Made by a program: the position numbers and the translations under genes
Notes under the pieces: model-generated
What the model saw: the letters and a program-made list of their open reading frames with translations, nothing else
Told to the model about the DNA's origin: nothing
Databases searched by the model: none
Shown: positions 21,716 through 32,123 of the stretch, in pieces
Numbering within the stretch: the first letter of the stretch is position 1
Layout of the letters: each line of letters begins with the position of its first letter
Assembly (NCBI GenBank): GCA_963850305.1
Contig: CAWKKR010000005.1
Location: 64,001 to 128,000, forward strand
DNA length: 64,000 nt
Origin: an uncultured delta proteobacterium
Lineage (GTDB): Bacteria; Myxococcota_A; Polyangia; Polyangiales; Polyangiaceae
Reading direction: 5' to 3'

Positions 21716-22125
21716 TGGCCTACCGCGTCCACGACATCGTGACGGCGGCGAGAGTGAGAATCCTGTCGTTCAACGCCTGGACGTCAGACGATCCCAAAAA
21801 AACACGCCACCCCAACCGCAACTACTCGAAATCATGCGGCCCGGTTTTCGACGAAGAGCGGGAGTTAGCCGATCGGCTGACTCCACTCCAGGTCGTCGCG
21901 CGACACCCGTTCGAGATCGACTCCACCGTTGGCTTCGTCATTGAGGCTCGGCGTGGCTCTCGTCTGCGGTCGCCGGTCAGGATCCGAGATGGCCGACACG
22001 TGCGTCCCGAAGGTCAACGTCGCCAAGGAGCTGGCGGAGATCTCCAAGGACGTCACGAACCCCCCGGGGCGCTGATCCGCGACGCCCCCTGTCACGGTGA
22101 GCCCAAGCCCCCCTTCATAGAGTAG
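21716..22125 (+). CDS. Hypothetical protein (possibly frameshifted)
   Basis: ORF divergent from the giant gene. No recognisable motif. Confidence 0.3.
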
Positions 22126-22137
22126 AGCTTCGAGAGC

Positions 22138-23085
22138 ATGGTCGAATCCGAGCGCGCGCTTTCGCGGTGTTCCGCGCACGGGCTCAGCTACGACCCGCGC
22201 GTCGCGGCGGGGTGCGTCCTTTGCCAGCGGGAGCGACGCTCGAAGGCGGCGCCGAACGCGAGTGGGCGCACGTCCAGTGCGGTGGCGCTCGTCGCAGTGC
22301 TCGCTGTCATCTTCGGGGGGACGTGGTTCGCTTACTCGAAGGGGATCTGGGGAAATGTCGACGCGCCGCGCGTTGCGACGGTCTTCGATGCGGTATTGGC
22401 GCCGACCGCCCCGCCGAGTGCCACCAGTGCGGCTCGGTTGCCCGCCTTCGGCGGCGAATTCACGGCGCGGAACGCTTCCGGAAGGTCCGGCTACTTCTTC
22501 GTCCCGGCGCGGGCAAGCACCGGGGCACTGCCGCTGATGGTGCTGCTACACGGCACCGGAGGCGATGGGCGCGACATGATCTCGGCGTTCCGAGATCTCG
22601 CGGCAGAGCGCGGGTTCGTGCTCGCCGCACCGTCCTCCGACTACGTCGAGGAAGGGCATGCCTTCAACTGGCGCGTGGGGGATCACCCGAGGGACTTCAG
22701 CGACGACTACGATCACGTGCTGGCGTGCGTCGCGGAGATCCGAGCGCGCCGGGATCTGTCGATCGACCCAGCGCGCGTGCTGATCGCCGGTTTCTCGGGC
22801 GGCGCGAGCTCGGCGCCGTACATCGCGAGCAACGCCGAGCCGTTCACGGAGTTCGCGGTGCTCCACGGCGGCGTGTTCGTAGGTGGCATCGGGCCGCGGA
22901 AGGTCCCGGGCTGGTTCTCGACCGGTGACTCCGACCCCGCGCGTCCGCCCGCCCACGTGCTCGGGCACTTCAACAGCATGCAGCAAGCAGGCTTCGACGT
23001 GGTCTTCCGAACATTTCCCGGCGCGCACGTTCTCTCGTCGATCGAGAAGGACGCGCTGGTAGCGTGGTGGCTCGGGGACACATGA
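22138..23085 (+). CDS. Membrane-anchored alpha/beta hydrolase (esterase/phospholipase-like)
   Basis: LMVLLHGTGG, nucleophile GFSGG, GDSDP, FPGAH. N-terminal C-x2-H..C-x2-C motif and a TM helix. Confidence 0.85.
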   Translation: MVESERALSRCSAHGLSYDPRVAAGCVLCQRERRSKAAPNASGRTSSAVALVAVLAVIFGGTWFAYSKGIWGNVDAPRVATVFDAVLAPTAPPSATSAARLPAFGGEFTARNASGRSGYFFVPARASTGALPLMVLLHGTGGDGRDMISAFRDLAAERGFVLAAPSSDYVEEGHAFNWRVGDHPRDFSDDYDHVLACVAEIRARRDLSIDPARVLIAGFSGGASSAPYIASNAEPFTEFAVLHGGVFVGGIGPRKVPGWFSTGDSDPARPPAHVLGHFNSMQQAGFDVVFRTFPGAHVLSSIEKDALVAWWLGDT

Positions 23086-23193
23086 CAAACCAACCTCGAG
23101 CCGGTAAAAGCACCACACCTGGTGTCAGTGAGCAGTTTGAGGGTGTTTCTGAGGTATGATGGCACGCCATCGGAGCGTCGCTTAGAGCGCGGC

Positions 23194-23625
23194 TTAGAGT
23201 TCACGAGGGCATGAAGGCACGGTGGGCTTCTGAAACGGGCGCGCCTCCTGCTCGGTGTTCTGTGCGTGGGGTGCGCGCTTCAGCGGAGCGAAGAGGCGTG
23301 TGGGGTCGAGTACCGCTTCCGTGGCGCCGAGGGGTACGGGGAGACGAGGTGCGTCGATCCCGTGATCTCCTTCCGCCGCGGTGGCCCTTGTCTTTGCGAC
23401 CACCTGGATGGACGGTGGCGTGGTCGCACGCCTGGTACTCCCGCCCACCTCGGTGGTCGTCGTGCACGCGGAGTTCCCGGCTACGGTGGCCGGCGACTCC
23501 GGCACCACGCTCTTCCTCCACGACGAGTGCGGGCCGAGGATGCCATGGAATCGTAGTAGCGGATGACGCGGTGGAGGAATCAAAGCCGAAAGGCGCGCGA
23601 GCGGCTCGACCGGATCCATCACGCG
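23194..23625 (-). pseudogene. IS91-family (Y2) transposase C-terminal remnant
   Basis: MDPVEPLARLSALIPPPRHPLLRFHGILGPHSSWRKSVVP matches the IS91/IS801-type transposase C-terminus. Confidence 0.75.
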
Positions 23626-23889
23626 ATGGCCGCACGTCTCGATAGTTTGCAAGTGCTGCATCGAGCAGATCTTGCAGCAGCGGCGCGGCGTTGTTCTTGA
23701 CTCTGCACGCATGGTGAGATTGGCCGTTGCTGAGCTCGAGTTTGCCGACACTCGCTTCCCGCACGTGCTCGCCGCGGCGCTGGATGGGAAGGGGGCGGTG
23801 CGCGCGTGCAGGGATTCGAGCCATTTTCGGGACCGTGCGCCTGCCGTCGATCGGGGAAATGGATGCGAGCAGCAGACGGTAGGATACTC

Positions 23890-24786
23890 CCCGGTCAACG
23901 ACTGGATCGCGCGCCGGGCCAGCGATCAGCGTCTTCGCCCTGGTCACATCGAGCGCGCGTCGCGAGTGGTACGGCTCGCGGGGTCGAACGGCGCGGCCGA
24001 GACGGAACACCTTCTCTCGCGGGTCATGGACGGCACGCTCGCGGCCGAGGGCGCGCGCCCCGGCGAGGGCCGGTCCGCTCACGACGCCGTTCGCTACGAT
24101 CTCGGTCTGATCAACGCCAGCGTCGACCTCGAGAGCGTCGTTCAAGGGCTGGAGAAGAACCGCGCGGGCACGCTCTGCCTGCACGGACCTCCGGGTACAG
24201 GGAAGACCGCTTTCGTCACGCACCTTGCCGAACGGCTCGGCGTTCCTCTCGTCACGCGGCGCGCGTCGGACCTTCTCGGCATGTACCTCGGCCAGAGTGA
24301 GCAGAACCTTGCCCGCATGTTCCGGGAGGCAGAGGCGCAGGGCGCGCTCCTGTTCCTGGACGAGGCGGACGGCTTTCTTCAGGATCGTTCGCGCGCAACT
24401 CGCACGTGGGAGGTGACCCAGGTCAACGAGCTGCTCGTCGGCATCGAGCGCTTCCCCGGCATCTTCGCGTGCGCAACGAACCTCATGGACACGCTCGACC
24501 AAGCCGTCTTCCGTCGCTTCGCGCTGAAGATCCGCTTCGAGCCCCTGAGCAGCGATGGAAGCTGCTCGCGTCGGTCCTCGACGGCATGGGCGTCACGCTG
24601 CAAACGGGAGACGACGCGCGCCGCGTGCGCGCCGAGCTGGGACGTCTCGACTCGCTCACGCCGGGGGATTTCGCGGCGGTCGTTCGGCGCGTGCGGATTC
24701 TTGGGGGCGCACCCGACGCCTCCGCTCTCGTGCGCCGGGTGAAGCCAGGGGCGGGGAAGCGGAGGATGGGATTCGGAGAGTCATGA
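23890..24786 (+). pseudogene. AAA+ ATPase, C-terminal half only; frameshift near 24548
   Basis: Walker A HGPPGTGKT, Walker B LFLDEAD, ATN..LDQAVFRRF. The other frame gives LTPGDF..RRMGF. No credible N-terminus. Confidence 0.8.
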
Positions 24787-24819
24787 AGCTTCGACGCACG
24801 TTGAGGTACCGGTTGTTCG

Positions 24820-25270
24820 TCAGCCCATGAGGGCTTTGCCAATGCGCGCGCGCACGTCCGCGACCATGGCAGCGTTCGTAATCCGGTAGCCCATCTCCCT
24901 CTTCGAGCCCCTGCCTGGCTTCGGGTTAAGTGACAGGAAGTTGAAGCTCGTGAGGATGACGTACTGGTCGTCGCAGATCACGATTTTCTCGTGTGTGTTC
25001 CCGACCTCCACGACGCGAAGGCGATTCCGCGCTCGGCTGCCCATCTCTCGGAGCCGTCGAAGCGCCTCCTCTTGATCGCGCACCGCTGGGTCCTGCCGCT
25101 TCGACGCGGCGTCGCGTTGATGCCGTAGCCGACTGTGATCCGGAGGTCCTTGTTCCGGTCGAGGCTCGTTCGAAGCCACCCGAGAAGCTCGTGGTCCACG
25201 GCTGCTGTGCGGAGCCACGGTGAGACGATGATGAGCTCCCGGCGGGCTTCGAGGATGTTCGGGCCCGTAG
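24820..25270 (-). pseudogene. Phospholipase D-like (HKD nuclease) domain remnant, frameshifted
   Basis: ARRELIIVSPWL..RITVGYG in one frame and NTHEKIVICDD..TSFNFLS..REMG in another. Confidence 0.75.
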
Positions 25271-25483
25271 CAGCCTTTCGCTTCGTCGTAGGCGCAAGCA
25301 ACGACGGTGCGACAAGTGCCGTCGTCCGATGCGTCCGCCGTGCTCGTCGATCCGCCTAACGCCCCGCTGTCGCCCGCGGTGTCCGTCGAAGCGTCCATGC
25401 CGCCGCTGCCGCCCGACTGAGAAAGCATGATCCAAGGTCCCCTGGTGCGCCTGTACGTGTGCAGGCCGCAACGGCAGAAGAGG

Positions 25484-26326
25484 TCACGCCAGCCGCTCCA
25501 GCCCTCGCACGTCGTCGTCGGTCAATTCGAACCCGGTGCACGCGAGGTCTTCTCGCTGGTGATCCTCGCTCGTGGTCCCCGTGAGCGGGAGCACGCCGAG
25601 CTGAAGCGCGAGCCTGAAGACGATCTGTGCCCGCGTCCGGCCGAGCCGCTGCGCAACGGTCCCGAGTGCTTTCGAATCCATCACGCGGGCGTTCGCGGTG
25701 AGGAGGGAGAAGCCCTGATAGACGATATCGTGCTCGCGGCAGAAAGCGCGGACGTCCCGGTCCCACCCGGTGCTGGCGTAGCACCGGTTCTGCACGAACG
25801 CGGGCTTCACTGTCGCGTCGCGATGGAGCAGCTTGAGTTGCTCGACGGAAACGTTGCTCACGCCGAGCAGGCGTGTCCGGCCCGCCTGGGCCAGTTGCTC
25901 CATCGCACGCCACGCGGACCAGTCGTCTGCGGCGAGGCCGCTGCGGATCGACGGACCGTGCAGCACGTAGGAGTCGAGCATCGTCGTCTGCAGATGCGCG
26001 AGGGAGCTCTCGAACGACTCCTGGACCTGCGTCGCGATGTCCCTCGTCGGATCGTACGGTAGGCGAGAGTCCTGTCCGGCACGGAACGTGAATTTGGTCT
26101 GGATGAAGAGCTCGCCGCGGTCGATGCCGCTCTTTCGTATCGCGTCGCCCACGGCGGCCTCGAAGTAATGCTTGCGCTGGTTGGCCGTGTCGATGCCGCG
26201 AAAGCCCGAGCGGATGGCGAGAGTGACGAGCTTCTCCGTCGCCTCCTCCTTCCACGCCGTGCCGTAAAGAAACGGAGGGATTTCGACGTCGCGGACGGCG
26301 AGGGGCGATAAGGGTGCGGCGGTCAT
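25484..26326 (-). CDS. Aldo/keto reductase
   Basis: YGTAWKE, GFRGIDTANQRKHY, LFIQTKFT, DSYVLHGP, LGVSNV. Confidence 0.92.
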   Translation of the reverse strand: MTAAPLSPLAVRDVEIPPFLYGTAWKEEATEKLVTLAIRSGFRGIDTANQRKHYFEAAVGDAIRKSGIDRGELFIQTKFTFRAGQDSRLPYDPTRDIATQVQESFESSLAHLQTTMLDSYVLHGPSIRSGLAADDWSAWRAMEQLAQAGRTRLLGVSNVSVEQLKLLHRDATVKPAFVQNRCYASTGWDRDVRAFCREHDIVYQGFSLLTANARVMDSKALGTVAQRLGRTRAQIVFRLALQLGVLPLTGTTSEDHQREDLACTGFELTDDDVRGLERLA

Positions 26327-26826
26327 GAGCGTGCTCGTGGGGAGCCTACCAGCCCGTGCCCGGTTGATGGTTGCTCGCCGCGAGTGACTGCTGAGTGCCC
26401 GCTGGGCGCGCGTGCGTTCGTGACCTGACGAAATTCGAGTGCATCATCGACGCTCGAGGATATCCCATGGATGAACGCAGGCTTGATCGCGCTAAGCGAT
26501 TCGAAGAATCGTTTCGCGTCACCGTCACGGGACCTGCTACCGCGGCGTCGCATACGTGAACTGATCCGAGATCGGCTGCTACATGAACGGTGTGGCGTGC
26601 GATCCTGGCACAACCATGGCACAACCACGTACGTGAACCTGTACAGGGAGGCGACTGCGACTGCCGGAACCTGCACGCCAGACGGGGGCGTCGTGTCGGG
26701 TTCCGTCACCACGAGCCAGGTGACCGTGTGCTGCAGGTAGTGGCGGCGGTGCGTACGCGGGGGTGGTCGGACTGATGGCCGGGTGCGAATCGCAGACGGC
26801 CTCGGGCCCATAACGCTTCCCGCGCA

Positions 26827-29124
26827 TCACCACACCACCGGCGTCGGCACGTCCCGGTTCGTCGTGGTGCGGTCGCCGACCTGACCGTAGTTGTTCGCGC
26901 CCCAGCAGCTCACGTTGCCGGTGCCGAGCAGCGCGCACGCCATGCCGATGCCTCCCACGATTTGCGCGTCCGGGGCGAGCCCGGACACCGGCGTGGGGAC
27001 GTGCCGGTCGGTGAACGTGCCGTCCGCGAGCTGTCCCTGGTTGTTGTGCCCCCAGCATTCGGCGCTCCCGTCCGTCAGAGTCGCGCAGCTGAATTCGTCC
27101 CCGACCGCGATGCGCTTGACGCCGGTCAGATTGGGCACGGCCGCGGGCGCGTACGCGGAGCTCGTCGAGTTATTTCCGAGCTCGCCGTTGGCGTTCAGAC
27201 CCCAGCAGTCGACGGTCCCGTCGCCGAGGAGCGCGCAGATGTGATTGGCCACCGCCACCTGCGTCACGGCGGTAAGACCTGGGACCGCCTGGGGCGCGAG
27301 GGCGTTGGAACCAGCGACGCCCGTGCCGATCTGACCCCACGAATTCAGACCCCAGCATTGCAGAGTGCCGTCGCTCATCAGCGCGCAGGTGTTCGACCCG
27401 CCCGCGACGATGGTCTTCACAGTGCCGGTGATGGTGACGGGCACGGGCGCGAGGTGGGGTTGCCCTGTGCCGTCGCCCACCTGGCCCCAGCTGTTGTCAC
27501 CCCAGCATTCGACTGCGCCCGTCGTGAGCAACGCGCACGAGTGATAAAACCCCGAGGTCAGCTGTGCGACGCCGCTCAATCCCGGTACCACCGCGGGCGT
27601 GCCGTGCGGTTGCCCGGTACCATCGCCGAGCTGCCCGTCCAGGTTCGTACCCCAGCACTGGACGGTTGCGTCGTTCATGAGTGCACACGTGTGCTGCGCG
27701 CCGGCCGCGATGAGCGTGACGCCTGTCAGGCCGGGGACGAGCCCAGGTTTCGCGCGGTTGTTGGTCGTGCCGTCGCCGAGCTCGCCATTCCCGTCGAAGC
27801 CCCAGGTGCTCACCGTGCCGTCGTTCAGGGTGACGAAGGGGTCGCCGTTCACCGAGAGCGCCGCCGCCGTCACGCAGGTCGAGTTGCTGCACGCCACGGC
27901 ACACGCGTGGTCGCAGGTGCCGCAGTTCTTCGCGTCGGTGTCCGGGTGCGAACAGACGTCGTGGCACATCACCGGACAGGTGCACACGCCCGCCTGACAC
28001 GTCGCGAGCGGATTGACGCCGAGGCACGTCGTGTTCACCGCGGGCTGATCGTCGATGACGCCGTTGCAGTCGTTGTCGAGGCCGTCGCACTTCGTCTCCG
28101 TGGCCTCGTAGTCGGGCGATGTATACGCGCAGGTCCACCCGGACGAGCCGCTGCACGTCGCGGTCGTCGCGCCCGCGCACACGCCGTCCGTCTTGCACGA
28201 GGGGCAGTCGACGGGATGGTCGTCGATTTTGCCGTTCACGTCGTTGTCGATGCCGTCGCACACCTCGGGGGAGGCGGCGAAGAAAGTCGCTGTTCCGAAC
28301 GCCGGTGACGAGCCCGTGGCCGCGAGCGAGAGCCCGTCCGAATTCACGCAGTAGTCGAACGCAATGCCGGACGCGGTCGTGACCTGGGTGCCGGAGACCG
28401 TTGCCGCCTCGGTGTCGTCGACCGTGAGGGTCCCTTCGATGTTGCAATCGCAGTCGCCGTCGGGGTCGCAGACCGGATCGCAGGTCGCCTTCACGCCCGC
28501 GGAGTTCAGCTGATCTGCCATCTTCGAGCACTGGCAGGCCGCGCAGTCGCCCGGGAGCGTGAGAAGCCCCGCGACCTTCACCTGCATCGAGAGACTAAGC
28601 TGTCCGTTTGCGAGCTCGAGCGACCCGGTGGTGGACTCGGGCGCCACGCCGAACACGGCCGTGCTGCACACCGAGCGCGCGTGCGTGAACAGGTCACCGA
28701 AGAGCTGCGCGGCGGAGGCGCACACGGTGCCGAGTCCCCACTTCGTGCCGTCGAGCTTGCCGCTGCACGCCGTCGGGGCGGGGCAGGTGTCGCTGTACGT
28801 GAGACCGGTCTTCGGAGTGGGCGGCAGCGTGCTGCGGTCGACGCAGGTCCCGGCATCCGCTCCCGACGACCCGCCCGCGCCCGCGGTGCCTCCGGTTCCC
28901 GTCGTCCCACCGATGCCGCCGGAACCACCGCTCGACGTCGATCCGCCGTTACCCGCCCCCGCGATGCCCGCGTCCGTCCCGCCTCGCGCGCCACCGGCGT
29001 CCCCTCCTCCGGTGCCGGAGCCGTTCTTGGAAGAACCACTCGAGCCGCATGCCGGAGCCACGGCGAGACCGAGGAGGGACAACGTGACCGTTGCGAGCGT
29101 CGCGCGAGCGCCGAAGTAAGCCAT
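26827..29124 (-). CDS. Lipoprotein with Gly linker, Cys-rich region and RCC1 beta-propeller
   Basis: Lipobox APAC, CDGxDNDC motifs, ~7 repeats of HTCAL..CWG.N..GQLGDG. Confidence 0.9.
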   Translation of the reverse strand: MAYFGARATLATVTLSLLGLAVAPACGSSGSSKNGSGTGGGDAGGARGGTDAGIAGAGNGGSTSSGGSGGIGGTTGTGGTAGAGGSSGADAGTCVDRSTLPPTPKTGLTYSDTCPAPTACSGKLDGTKWGLGTVCASAAQLFGDLFTHARSVCSTAVFGVAPESTTGSLELANGQLSLSMQVKVAGLLTLPGDCAACQCSKMADQLNSAGVKATCDPVCDPDGDCDCNIEGTLTVDDTEAATVSGTQVTTASGIAFDYCVNSDGLSLAATGSSPAFGTATFFAASPEVCDGIDNDVNGKIDDHPVDCPSCKTDGVCAGATTATCSGSSGWTCAYTSPDYEATETKCDGLDNDCNGVIDDQPAVNTTCLGVNPLATCQAGVCTCPVMCHDVCSHPDTDAKNCGTCDHACAVACSNSTCVTAAALSVNGDPFVTLNDGTVSTWGFDGNGELGDGTTNNRAKPGLVPGLTGVTLIAAGAQHTCALMNDATVQCWGTNLDGQLGDGTGQPHGTPAVVPGLSGVAQLTSGFYHSCALLTTGAVECWGDNSWGQVGDGTGQPHLAPVPVTITGTVKTIVAGGSNTCALMSDGTLQCWGLNSWGQIGTGVAGSNALAPQAVPGLTAVTQVAVANHICALLGDGTVDCWGLNANGELGNNSTSSAYAPAAVPNLTGVKRIAVGDEFSCATLTDGSAECWGHNNQGQLADGTFTDRHVPTPVSGLAPDAQIVGGIGMACALLGTGNVSCWGANNYGQVGDRTTTNRDVPTPVVW

Positions 29125-29568
29125 GATTCGTCATCTTGACGGCTCCGCTCGGCGTCCGTCAAACAGTGGCTCTGGGATGCCGTCTTTCGCGTTTGCGTGG
29201 CGACTACGTCGTCCGACGCGGGATCGGGTCGCGCGCTGCTGAACGTAATCCCTGAGAATCTGGATGGGTGCAGCAGGTGGCCGCGACAAATCTATGTGGC
29301 GGAACCGTGATCGTCGGCGGCGGAGAAAGCTCCCTGCCATGCGCGGCGCGTGCGCCGCCGCTTCGCGATCACGATGACGTCGAGCACGCATGCTTGCGAC
29401 CCGTGGACAATTCGTGGCAAAAACCCACGAAAAGCCACGCTTGTTACCACGCGTGAGCCACGCATCGAGCCACGTTTAAGCCTCGCGCATTACCTCGAAT
29501 TTCGATGTCGAACGGGCGCCGTAGAGGCTCTGGATCGCCCCGTTCTGCGTCATCTAGGCAATCAAAAC

Positions 29569-29596
29569 GTGCGTGATAAGGATTCTTATGATCGAT
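29569..29596 (+). other. dif-like tyrosine recombinase core site
   Basis: gtgcgtgATAA-ggattc-TTATGatcgat has the 11-6-11 layout with the conserved ATAA/TTATG inner bases. Confidence 0.4.
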
Positions 29597-29693
29597 GACC
29601 GGTCCTCGGCGTGCCAGGCGAGGGGCACGTGCCGGCATCGAGAAGGGGAACACACGGGTTCGGCCCGCCGCCGCACATCTGCTGCACGCAGAC

Positions 29694-30272
29694 CTATTTC
29701 ATGCCGCAGGTCTGGCTGCTGCAAGGAAGAGTTCCCGCATCGGACGGGCACGGATGCAGCGGCGAGCAACTGTTCAAAGCAAGCGGTGCGAGGGGGACGA
29801 AGGAAGCACCATAAGCCTCGCAGGAATACGAGTTCTGCGATCCGATGAGCTTCCCGGGGGCGTCGTAGAAGTACGTGTTGCCGTTGTCGAAACCCGTGAC
29901 AACCACGGCATTGTAGGGGCCGCAGTGAGCGACACTTGCCCCCGATGTCGTGAAGCCGCACGCGGTGAACCACGACAGCGCCGAGGGCCAGTCGGGGGCA
30001 CAGGGCGGGTAAGTGTTCTGCGAGCACGCAGGTGGAGTAGTTCGGAGGCAAGGACCCGCATCAAAGCTGGCAGCAATGCCGGCGTCGACGAGGCCGGAGC
30101 CGCTGGAACCACCGCTTGATGCCCCTGCTCCCCCCGAGCCGTTTCGATATCCTCCGGTCGATGCGTCCGTGCCGACATCGACGTGCGTGCCGGTCCCGGT
30201 CGTCTGACCACCGCATCCCGCGACGAGTGAGGCCACGACGAGCCAGGAAAAGGCTTCTGCGGGAACAGTCAC
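29694..30272 (-). CDS. Gly/Cys-rich lipoprotein
   Basis: Lipobox VAGC-GGQTTG. GTG start overlaps the upstream stop. Confidence 0.75.
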   Translation of the reverse strand: MTVPAEAFSWLVVASLVAGCGGQTTGTGTHVDVGTDASTGGYRNGSGGAGASSGGSSGSGLVDAGIAASFDAGPCLRTTPPACSQNTYPPCAPDWPSALSWFTACGFTTSGASVAHCGPYNAVVVTGFDNGNTYFYDAPGKLIGSQNSYSCEAYGASFVPLAPLALNSCSPLHPCPSDAGTLPCSSQTCGMK

Positions 30273-30985
30273 TGTGCGTGGCTTCGGCAAGCGCCCGTGT
30301 CGCATGTCGCGATGAATGACGACCCCGTCTTCCCCTCTTCATCTACGTCGGCGTGAAAACAGCCGCGTAGACCGCAGCCCGGGATGCAGGAGAGTGCCTG
30401 CGTGTTCGCGGCTACGAAGGCGGTCTCAGTGCCCTTGCGGACGCCCACCTTGGTTGTGCCGCAGCAGTCACCACGATCTGCGATCACGCAGTCGGCATCA
30501 GATGCGCATCTCTTGTCCGGCGTGTAGCTCGCCGCTGCGTCGCATCCAGTCATGGTGCCCCCGGCTCCATCCGATCCGCCCGCGTCGTGCGACGGCCCAC
30601 ACGAAGTTGGGCAGCACTGGCCTGGCGACGTGACCGGCTGCTCACCTGGACCACACGCCGGCAGGTTCGGGCAGTTTACGACGCCGCAGGGCTGGCATGA
30701 GGGACAGCACTGATCGGGTAACTGCACCGAACGGGTACCGGGAGCACATTCTCCGGCGAAGCACTCGCAGGTCGTAACGCTGGAGCCGCCCGTTCCCGAT
30801 CCGCCGGTGCCCCCCGCTGCGCGACCACCCGACCCTCCCACGCCCGAAGCGTCAGTGAGTGCCGCACCCGATCCTCCTCCTCCGACGACGCCGGGCTTGC
30901 TGATCCCGGTCGTCTGACCACCGCATCCGGCGACGGCCGTCGCGATCACGGCGATCATCCACATCGAAACTCGCGTGCGTGCCAT
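30269..30985 (-). CDS. Cys-rich lipoprotein (paralog of 61248-61985)
   Basis: Lipobox VAGC, CCPSCQPC and CCGTT motifs. Confidence 0.8.
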   Translation of the reverse strand: MARTRVSMWMIAVIATAVAGCGGQTTGISKPGVVGGGGSGAALTDASGVGGSGGRAAGGTGGSGTGGSSVTTCECFAGECAPGTRSVQLPDQCCPSCQPCGVVNCPNLPACGPGEQPVTSPGQCCPTSCGPSHDAGGSDGAGGTMTGCDAAASYTPDKRCASDADCVIADRGDCCGTTKVGVRKGTETAFVAANTQALSCIPGCGLRGCFHADVDEEGKTGSSFIATCDTGACRSHAQ

Positions 30986-31062
30986 GCGACGAACCCAAGA
31001 GTAGCAGTCCCCAGGGGGCCCTCGCTTGCTTCCGTCATCGCCGGCCCGCACACTTCACCGTC

Positions 31063-31758
31063 ATGGGCAGGGTGATCCTCGTCGGGGCGAGCACGTTGAT
31101 CGCGTTCATCGTATTCGGTTGCGGAGGCAGCACCTCAGGCAGCGGCTCCACAGGGTCGGGAGGCTCTCTCGGAACGGGCGGTTCCGTTGGATCTGGTGGC
31201 AGCCCTAATGGTGGAGGAAGCGGAACCGGTGGCTCCGTTGGATCTGGCGGCAGCACGACAACGGGTGGCGCCACCGGCTCCGGCGGGAACAGCGGAGGAA
31301 CCGATGGCGTCTCGCCGGCGAAGGCACGCATCGAGTTCACCGTTACGGGCGGTCCGTTTTGCCATCACGGTTGCGATGGACCGCCGTCGATCAACGTCGT
31401 GGACTCGGCGGGGCACGGGCTCGAACTGGGTAGCAATTGCTACGCGGACTGCAAGACGTGCAGCATCTCAGGTTGCCCGCCTGGCCCCTGCTCCCAGGAC
31501 GGCATCGTGACCGGAGCGAATCTGGATTGGGACGGCAACTACCTCGCGACTTCAACCTGCGGCGCGGGGACGTCGTGCCTCGAACCGGCAGCGGCACCGC
31601 CCGGTAAGTACACGGCGAGTTTCTGCACAACGCCTGGCAGACTCACAGGACCCGATGGCGGCTTTCAGCAGTGCGTACCAAGCGGCGCGGCCAAGTGCGG
31701 TTCAGTCGAGTTCGATCTTCCTTCAAGCAGTGTGGTGAAGGGAACGGTCGGGCCGTGA
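31063..31758 (+). CDS. Gly/Cys-rich lipoprotein (paralog of 60452-61108)
   Basis: Lipobox VFGC-GGSTSG. C-terminus CGSVEFDLPSSSVVKGTVGP. Confidence 0.8.
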   Translation: MGRVILVGASTLIAFIVFGCGGSTSGSGSTGSGGSLGTGGSVGSGGSPNGGGSGTGGSVGSGGSTTTGGATGSGGNSGGTDGVSPAKARIEFTVTGGPFCHHGCDGPPSINVVDSAGHGLELGSNCYADCKTCSISGCPPGPCSQDGIVTGANLDWDGNYLATSTCGAGTSCLEPAAAPPGKYTASFCTTPGRLTGPDGGFQQCVPSGAAKCGSVEFDLPSSSVVKGTVGP

Positions 31759-32123
31759 TTTTCACAGGCAGGTCGCGCACCGGACGCTTCGTCCGCCGCT
31801 TCCGGCGTTTGTCGGGCCACGCCGTTCTCGTGGTGCTCGGTATCTCGCTGCCGTCGTGCACTCACGACCGACTGACCGTGAACTCACGGATATTCATGCG
31901 ATCGGGCAGCCATCTCACGTACCAGGGTGGCGGCTGTTCGTTCATTGAGTTGGGCGCCTTCGGTGCCCATGCCAAAGACCGCACAGCTACCGTGCAACTA
32001 CCGCTCAACCTCCATACAAAAGACCGGGGGGTACGGATCCCACGAGGCCGCGTACGCGGGGCTGCGGAAGGCATCGAGCGTGCTGTGCTTCCAGTCTGGT
32101 CCGCCGAGCCGCTTTCTGGATAA
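31755..32123 (+). pseudogene. Probable lipoprotein fragment
   Basis: Signal-like AVLVVLGISLPSC then a short domain; the sequence degenerates after ~31970. Confidence 0.3.
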
